A stretch of DNA of 32,000 nucleotides from Bacillus subtilis subsp. subtilis str. 168. Lineage in GTDB: Bacteria > Bacillota > Bacilli > Bacillales > Bacillaceae. The position numbers and the translations under genes are program-made. Below are positions 27,062 to 32,000 of the stretch, piece by piece. The notes under the pieces were generated by a model. That model was not told the origin of the DNA, made no database searches, and saw only the letters and a program-made list of their open reading frames with translations. Numbering within the stretch: position 1 is the first letter of the stretch; every line of letters starts with the position of its first letter. The stretch spans positions 2,820,001 to 2,852,000 of the forward strand of contig NC_000964.3 in assembly GCF_000009045.1 (NCBI RefSeq). The letters are read 5' to 3'.

Positions 27062-27917
27062 AACAGCATTCCTCCACAGATTCATTTGATAACGTAACAT
27101 CCATGCTGATATCTAAACTTTTGACGGAATGAGTCAGAAATCCTAATGAAATATAATTCACACCCGTCCCTTTAAAAGCAGGCAAAGATTCTAACGTAAT
27201 CCCGCCAGAGGCTTCAGTTTTTATATTAGCCGGTGTGAGCTTTGCAAAATGACGGACCGTATCAGGCGGACAGTTGTCAAACATAATAACATCCGCTCCA
27301 GCTGCAATTGCTTCCCGCAGCTGTTCCTCCGTTTCAATTTCCACCTCGATATTTACCATGTGCCCTGCGGCCTGACGGGCTTTTTTGCACGCCTCTAAAA
27401 TAGAGCCGCATGCTGCGATATGATTATCTTTAATCATGATGCCGTCATACAAACCGAATCGATGATTATACCCGCCGCCGGCTCTGACAGCATATTTCTC
27501 CAGCATTCTGAGCCCCGGTGTTGTTTTTCTCGTGTCACAAATTTTAATCTGTTCATCATCCAGACACCGAACAGCCTCTCTTGTCATTGTCGCAATTCCT
27601 GACAGCCTCTGAATAAGATTTAATACGACCCGCTCTCCTGAAAGGAGCGCAGCTGCGGGACCGTGTAACTCGGCAATCACTTCACCTTTATGCAACATGT
27701 CCCCATCTTTTTTGTGTAAAATGCTTTGAACATTTTCGTCCAATAACGAAAAGCCTTCTTTTATGATCGCTGCTCCTGCAAAAATACCCTCTGACTTTGC
27801 AACAATCTCCGCTTCACAGCTCTGTTCTCCAAAAATAGACTGCGATGTAAGATCCCCTGTCCCAATATCCTCAAGAAAAAAGTGATTCAGTAATTTTTTC
27901 AGCTGTAAATGATTCAT
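27048..27917 (-). CDS. nadC: Nicotinate-nucleotide (quinolinate) phosphoribosyltransferase NadC
   Basis: ATG 27915-27917 (289 aa) with SD GAGGGGA. It lies 47 nt inside the nadB 3' end. TIM-barrel QPRTase motifs are present ([17 protein letters not shown]). Confidence 0.93.
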   Translation of the reverse strand: MNHLQLKKLLNHFFLEDIGTGDLTSQSIFGEQSCEAEIVAKSEGIFAGAAIIKEGFSLLDENVQSILHKKDGDMLHKGEVIAELHGPAAALLSGERVVLNLIQRLSGIATMTREAVRCLDDEQIKICDTRKTTPGLRMLEKYAVRAGGGYNHRFGLYDGIMIKDNHIAACGSILEACKKARQAAGHMVNIEVEIETEEQLREAIAAGADVIMFDNCPPDTVRHFAKLTPANIKTEASGGITLESLPAFKGTGVNYISLGFLTHSVKSLDISMDVTLSNESVEECCYVNS

Positions 27918-29466
27918 TGTTCCAAATCCCCTCGTTTTTTCTGATCTTCGTTCCTTTTTTTGTATGGACAATTTGTCTTCCTTGCCAGCTCACCTCAGCA
28001 TGAGGAAAATCGGTGCGGAAGTGAGCCCCTCTGCTTTCCTCCCGCAAAAGCGCAGAAAACGTCATCAGCTTTGCAGTTTGCCATAGATGAGAAAGTTCCA
28101 TCTGCCGAATTGTGATATCCTTCACATTTACTTCCTGAAAAGGCAGCGTATGAAGCCAGATGCTAAGCTCAATCAAACTGCTTTGTTCCCGCAGAATAGA
28201 CATGTGGCTTGTCATTTTGCTTTGCAGTTCATGCCCCTCTATATCCGGCACCTCGTAGAAGACACTGGTTTCTAGCCCTGATTGATATTGCCTGTTATAA
28301 ACCGGTTTTTGGATAATATGCTCTGCTGCCCTTTTTCCAAATACCAGCGCTTCCAATAAAGAATTGCTTGCAAGCCGGTTTGCTCCATGTAAACCGGAGC
28401 ATGCTGTCTCGCCAATCGCATAAAGCCCCGGCACTGTCGTTTCTCCCCAGCGATTAACTGAAACACCTCCCATTAAGAAATGCATTCCCGGAGCAACAGG
28501 AATTTTTCCGCTGTGGATATCAATCCCTGCTTTTTCACAAATAGCGGTGATGGTAGGGAAACGCGTTTCAAAATCAGAAATCGCACTGAAGTCTATATAA
28601 ACGCGATTTCCTTTTGCCATTTCTTCGTGAATAACCCGTGAGACAATATCTCTTGGAGCCAGGTCACCTAAAGGATGCCGTTCAGCCATAATCCTGCGGC
28701 CGTTTTCGTCTACTAAACATCCGCCTTCCCCTCTGACAGCTTCTGAAACAAGCCCGTAGGAAACACCATTTTTCACAAGCAGTGTCGGGTGAAACTGAGT
28801 AAACTCCAAATCCGTTAATTCCGCCCCGGCCCGGTAAGCCAGAGAAAGACCGTCACCTGTGACAGTGAGATCATTCGTATGGTGAAGAAACAGGTTTCCA
28901 CAGCCGCCGGCAGCCAGCACAACTTCGTCTGCGTGCCTTACCTTGAGCCGCCCTTTGCTGTCTTTTGTCATGACGCCGATACATCGTCCGTCCTCTATAA
29001 GCAAATCTGCTGCCGTTTCATTCTCGATTAACTTGATTTTGCTGTTGATCCGTTTGAGCAAATAATCGATAAGCAGCCTGCCTGTTGCGTCTCCGCCTGC
29101 ATGAAATATGCGGTTGTATGAGTGGGCCCCTTCTCTTCCAAGACAAACACCGCCTCGTTCATTGCGGTCGAATGGAAATCCACGCTCCAATAGGCTTTGA
29201 ACCATCATTTTTCCATCATGTAATACGTCTGCTACAATAGCTAGATTATTATGGCCGCACCCTGCGTATAACGTATCCTCCAGATGGGCTTCAATCGAGT
29301 CATCTTTTGCATAGGCCGCAGCAATCCCGCCTTGTGCATAGACAGAATTGCTGTTTTTGACGCTTTTTTTTGTGATAACAGTCACTTCGTATGAGGGCGG
29401 GAAAGCTGCAGCTAAGGAAAGTGCCGCCGCCCCTGAACCGATGACTGCAATCGTCTTTTTAGACAT
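27871..29466 (-). CDS. nadB: L-aspartate oxidase NadB
   Basis: 531 aa with FAD-binding N-terminus VIGSGAAALS and the succinate DH/fumarate reductase flavoprotein fold. SD AGGAGGA. Confidence 0.96.
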   Translation of the reverse strand: MSKKTIAVIGSGAAALSLAAAFPPSYEVTVITKKSVKNSNSVYAQGGIAAAYAKDDSIEAHLEDTLYAGCGHNNLAIVADVLHDGKMMVQSLLERGFPFDRNERGGVCLGREGAHSYNRIFHAGGDATGRLLIDYLLKRINSKIKLIENETAADLLIEDGRCIGVMTKDSKGRLKVRHADEVVLAAGGCGNLFLHHTNDLTVTGDGLSLAYRAGAELTDLEFTQFHPTLLVKNGVSYGLVSEAVRGEGGCLVDENGRRIMAERHPLGDLAPRDIVSRVIHEEMAKGNRVYIDFSAISDFETRFPTITAICEKAGIDIHSGKIPVAPGMHFLMGGVSVNRWGETTVPGLYAIGETACSGLHGANRLASNSLLEALVFGKRAAEHIIQKPVYNRQYQSGLETSVFYEVPDIEGHELQSKMTSHMSILREQSSLIELSIWLHTLPFQEVNVKDITIRQMELSHLWQTAKLMTFSALLREESRGAHFRTDFPHAEVSWQGRQIVHTKKGTKIRKNEGIWNNESFTAEKITESLFS

Positions 29467-29483
29467 ATGCCATCCTCCTGTTG

Positions 29484-29533
29484 TTTACACCTGTCTTGAC
29501 ACCTATATTTACACAAGGATAAAATAAACTCAA
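29484..29533. promoter_or_regulatory. Divergent, interleaved nadB and nifS promoters with a putative NiaR operator (three TTKACAC repeats)
   Basis: On the plus strand: -35 TTGACA (29496-29501), 17 nt, then -10 ATAAAA (29519-29524), for nifS. On the minus strand: -35 TTGAGT (29528-29533), 16 nt, then -10 TAAATA (29506-29511), for nadB. TTTACAC, TTGACAC and TTTACAC begin at 29484, 29496 and 29508. Inverted repeat TGTC-TT-GACA is at 29492-29501. Confidence 0.6.
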
Positions 29534-29568
29534 GAGTTTTTTATGGAGAACGGATGGAGGAAGACCGG

Positions 29569-30756
29569 ATGATTTATTTAGATTATGCAGCGACAACGCC
29601 TATTTGTGAGGAAGCCCTTACTGTATATCAGAAGCTTAGTATGGATATGTACGGAAATGCCAGCAGCCTGCATGATGCAGGAGGAAAAGCAAAGCACATA
29701 CTGGAGTACTGCCGTGAAAAAATCGCCAACATCATTGGCGGAGAAGCAAGCGGCATCTATTTTACAAGCGGCGGCACTGAATCCAATTTTCTGGCCATTC
29801 AATCATTGTTAAACGGCCTGCCAAAAACGAAAAGACATTTTATTACGACTGCCATGGAGCATCAGTCCATTCATAATTGCGCTGCTTTTTTGGAACAGCA
29901 GGGATATGATGTAACAGTCATTGAACCGAATGAATACGGGCTTATTACCGAGGAAATATTACTAACCCATATCCGGCCGGAAACAGGCCTTGTATCTATT
30001 CAGCATGCAAATTCTGAAACCGGGATCATTCAGCCCATTCAACACCTGTCTTCATACCTGCACAATAAGGGGATTCTTCTTCATTGCGACGCTGTTCAAA
30101 CGTTTGGAAAGATCCCGATCAATACAAAAAATCTGGGAGTAGATGCACTCTCAATGTCCAGCCATAAAATCCACGGTCCTAAAGGAGTAGGGGCGGTCTA
30201 TATCCGGCCGGATGTCCCTTGGAAACCCGTTTATCCTCTGACTACTCACGAATACGGATTCAGAGCCGGCACCGTAAATGTTCCCGGGATCGGTGCCTTC
30301 ACTGCCGCTGCAGAATTGATCGTAAGCGAAATGGAAAAACAGATATCCCGCAATGAGGCATTAAGAACATACTTTCTAGACCAAATCCGTATTCGGTCTC
30401 TCCCTGTAACCCTTGCAGCAGACACTTCGAAAGCAGAATGTCTTCCGCATATTATAGGGTGTTTTTTTCACTCATTTGAAGGACAATATGTTATGTTAGA
30501 ATGTAATCGGAGTAATATTTGCATTTCAACCGGCAGCGCTTGTTCTGCAGGTTACCACGGTCCGTCTGAAACAATGAAAGCATTAAGAAAAACCGAACAA
30601 GAAGCTCTGCAATTTATCCGCATCTCTTTTGGCAGGCATACAACAGCTGAACAGCTGGAACAGTTATTACATACGTTTACAGTGCTTTGGGAACAAAAGA
30701 AAGGAGAATTTGATATTGACCGAAGAATTAAAGCTAATGGGCGCCAACAGGCGTGA
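29569..30756 (+). CDS. nifS: Class V aminotransferase-fold cysteine desulfurase (NAD-biosynthesis associated)
   Basis: ATG 29569 (395 aa) follows GGAGGAAG. The PLP-lysine motif is SSHKIHGPKG. The active-site Cys region is STGSACSAG. Confidence 0.94.
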   Translation: MIYLDYAATTPICEEALTVYQKLSMDMYGNASSLHDAGGKAKHILEYCREKIANIIGGEASGIYFTSGGTESNFLAIQSLLNGLPKTKRHFITTAMEHQSIHNCAAFLEQQGYDVTVIEPNEYGLITEEILLTHIRPETGLVSIQHANSETGIIQPIQHLSSYLHNKGILLHCDAVQTFGKIPINTKNLGVDALSMSSHKIHGPKGVGAVYIRPDVPWKPVYPLTTHEYGFRAGTVNVPGIGAFTAAAELIVSEMEKQISRNEALRTYFLDQIRIRSLPVTLAADTSKAECLPHIIGCFFHSFEGQYVMLECNRSNICISTGSACSAGYHGPSETMKALRKTEQEALQFIRISFGRHTTAEQLEQLLHTFTVLWEQKKGEFDIDRRIKANGRQQA

Positions 30757-31258
30757 CCAGCTTCTTCTGTGGCTGAAGGAATCTAAATCACCGCTGACAG
30801 GAGGAGAACTCGCAAAAAAAGCGAACGTCTCAAGACAGGTTATTGTACAGGATATATCGCTCTTGAAAGCGAAAAATGTACCGATTATCGCCACAAGCCA
30901 AGGATATGTATACATGGATGCAGCCGCTCAGCAGCACCAGCAGGCAGAAAGAATCATAGCATGTCTGCACGGTCCTGAACGGACAGAAGAGGAACTGCAG
31001 CTCATCGTCGACGAAGGCGTTACAGTAAAAGACGTAAAAATCGAGCATCCCGTATACGGAGATTTAACTGCAGCCATCCAAGTAGGCACCCGGAAAGAAG
31101 TTAGCCATTTCATCAAAAAAATCAATTCTACGAATGCTGCCTACTTATCACAGCTGACCGACGGCGTGCACCTGCATACACTGACAGCACCTGATGAACA
31201 TCGCATCGATCAAGCCTGCCAAGCCCTCGAAGAAGCCGGCATTTTAATTAAAGACTAA
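30716..31258 (+). CDS. niaR: Niacin-responsive transcriptional repressor NiaR (HTH_11 plus 3H domain)
   Basis: TTG 30716 (180 aa) is 7 nt after AAAGGAGAA. It overlaps nifS by 41 nt in another frame. The HTH is LTGGELAKKANVSRQVIVQDISLLK. The 3H histidines are H.P.YG...HLH. Confidence 0.88.
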   Translation: MTEELKLMGANRRDQLLLWLKESKSPLTGGELAKKANVSRQVIVQDISLLKAKNVPIIATSQGYVYMDAAAQQHQQAERIIACLHGPERTEEELQLIVDEGVTVKDVKIEHPVYGDLTAAIQVGTRKEVSHFIKKINSTNAAYLSQLTDGVHLHTLTAPDEHRIDQACQALEEAGILIKD

Positions 31259-31287
31259 AAAAAGCCCTCTAGTGGGCTTTTTTTATA
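31256..31287. terminator. Bidirectional terminator between niaR and pheA
   Basis: Stem AAAGCCC (31261-31267) pairs with GGGCTTT (31274-31280) around a 6-nt loop. An A-run lies upstream and a T-run downstream. It serves both convergent genes. Confidence 0.8.
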
Positions 31288-32000
31288 ATTGGTAAGACTG
31301 GTATGCACCCAGAAGCCTCACTTTGCAGCCGAGTGCTTCAAGCTCCTGCATGGCCCCTGGAATCAATACATCATCAAACGCTTTCTCAATATCAATAATA
31401 AAGAAATAATGGCCTAATCCGGTTTTAGTCGGACGTGACTCAATTTTTGACAGGTTTAAATTTCTCCAAGAAAATGCAGACAGCACTCTATGCAGCGCCC
31501 CGGACTGATCATCCTGCGGCAGCATGACCATTAAGGTCGTTTTGGGCCTAGAGCTCAATTTTGAATTCACTTCAAAAGATATGTTTTCATCGGGAGACAG
31601 GATAACAAATCTTGTATGATTGTCCCTATAATCCTGTATATCCCGTTTCACGATTTTTAATTCGTATGTAGAAGCTGCCATATCATTGGCAATGACCCCG
31701 ATATTCAGCTCGGGATGGTCACTGACAAACTTTGCTGCCGCCCCGGTAGAATTGGCGTATTCATATGGAACGGAAGGAAAATGTCGATGAAGAAATTTAT
31801 GGCATTGCGCAATCGCGTGTGAATGTGAGTAAATTTTGTCGAGCTCTTTCCATGCATTCTCTCTTGAGGGATGGACGAGCAAGTGCTGGTGAATCGGCAA
31901 CGTCATTTCACCCACGATTGGCAAAGGCTGTTCATGTATTAAATAGTCTATTGTTAGATTAACAGATCCTTCTAAAGCATTTTCCAAAGGAACAAAAGCA
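31283..32000 (-). CDS. pheA: Prephenate dehydratase, C-terminal part (PDT plus ACT domains); the 5' end lies beyond the window
   Basis: The frame stays open to the right edge (...AFVPLENALEGSVN, the conserved P.EN..EG.V motif). The ACT-region motif is SKIESRPTK. TAA at 31283-31285. Confidence 0.92.
   Translation of the reverse strand, partial: AFVPLENALEGSVNLTIDYLIHEQPLPIVGEMTLPIHQHLLVHPSRENAWKELDKIYSHSHAIAQCHKFLHRHFPSVPYEYANSTGAAAKFVSDHPELNIGVIANDMAASTYELKIVKRDIQDYRDNHTRFVILSPDENISFEVNSKLSSRPKTTLMVMLPQDDQSGALHRVLSAFSWRNLNLSKIESRPTKTGLGHYFFIIDIEKAFDDVLIPGAMQELEALGCKVRLLGAYQSYQL

Noticed and set aside
27062-27100. N-terminal extensions of track ORFs (for example nadA 27062-27100, nadC 27918-27971, niaR 30629-30715, yrbC 23829-23888, yrbG 11781-11852, spoVB 9492-9563, yrvD 6170-6214)
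   Set aside because: The extensions begin at codons with no Shine-Dalgarno and add non-conserved residues. In each case an internal start with a well-spaced SD gives the conserved family N-terminus.

Overview
This window is a conserved housekeeping and sporulation stretch of a Bacillus subtilis 168-type chromosome. Gene order and protein lengths fit that assignment. Almost everything is on the minus strand. In window order: yrvJ 3' tail, dtd, relA, apt, recJ, yrvD, yrvC, secDF, comN, spoVB(+), yrbG, yrzE(+), yajC, tgt, queA, yrzS, ruvB, ruvA, bofC, csbX, yrbE, yrzF(+), a gap holding three small ORFs, yrbD(+), yrbC, coxA, safA, nadA, nadC, nadB, then divergent nifS-niaR(+), and a partial pheA. 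I see no rRNA, tRNA, CRISPR array, transposase, integrase, phage gene or obvious horizontally acquired island. I also see nothing that looks like a new multi-gene defence or accessory system. All large ORFs are intact and are recognisable core genes. The points worth a second look are small-scale. (1) dtd has AAG where its start codon should be. (2) A hairpin buries the bofC ribosome-binding site in read-through transcripts from csbX. (3) Two cre/LacI-type palindromes bracket the yrbE promoter. (4) A 12-bp-phased triple repeat covers the interleaved nadB and nifS promoters. (5) The yrzF-yrbD gap holds a 40-codon ORF missed by the ORF track, an apparent DUF5412-like C-terminal remnant and a coupled 46-codon membrane peptide. 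(6) There is an SOS-box-like site upstream of ruvA. (7) yrvC is an orphan KhtT-like RCK_C gene. (8) safA has an internal SD plus ATG. Many track ORFs carry spurious N-terminal extensions. I trimmed starts to the codon with a properly spaced Shine-Dalgarno. Coordinates include the stop codon.
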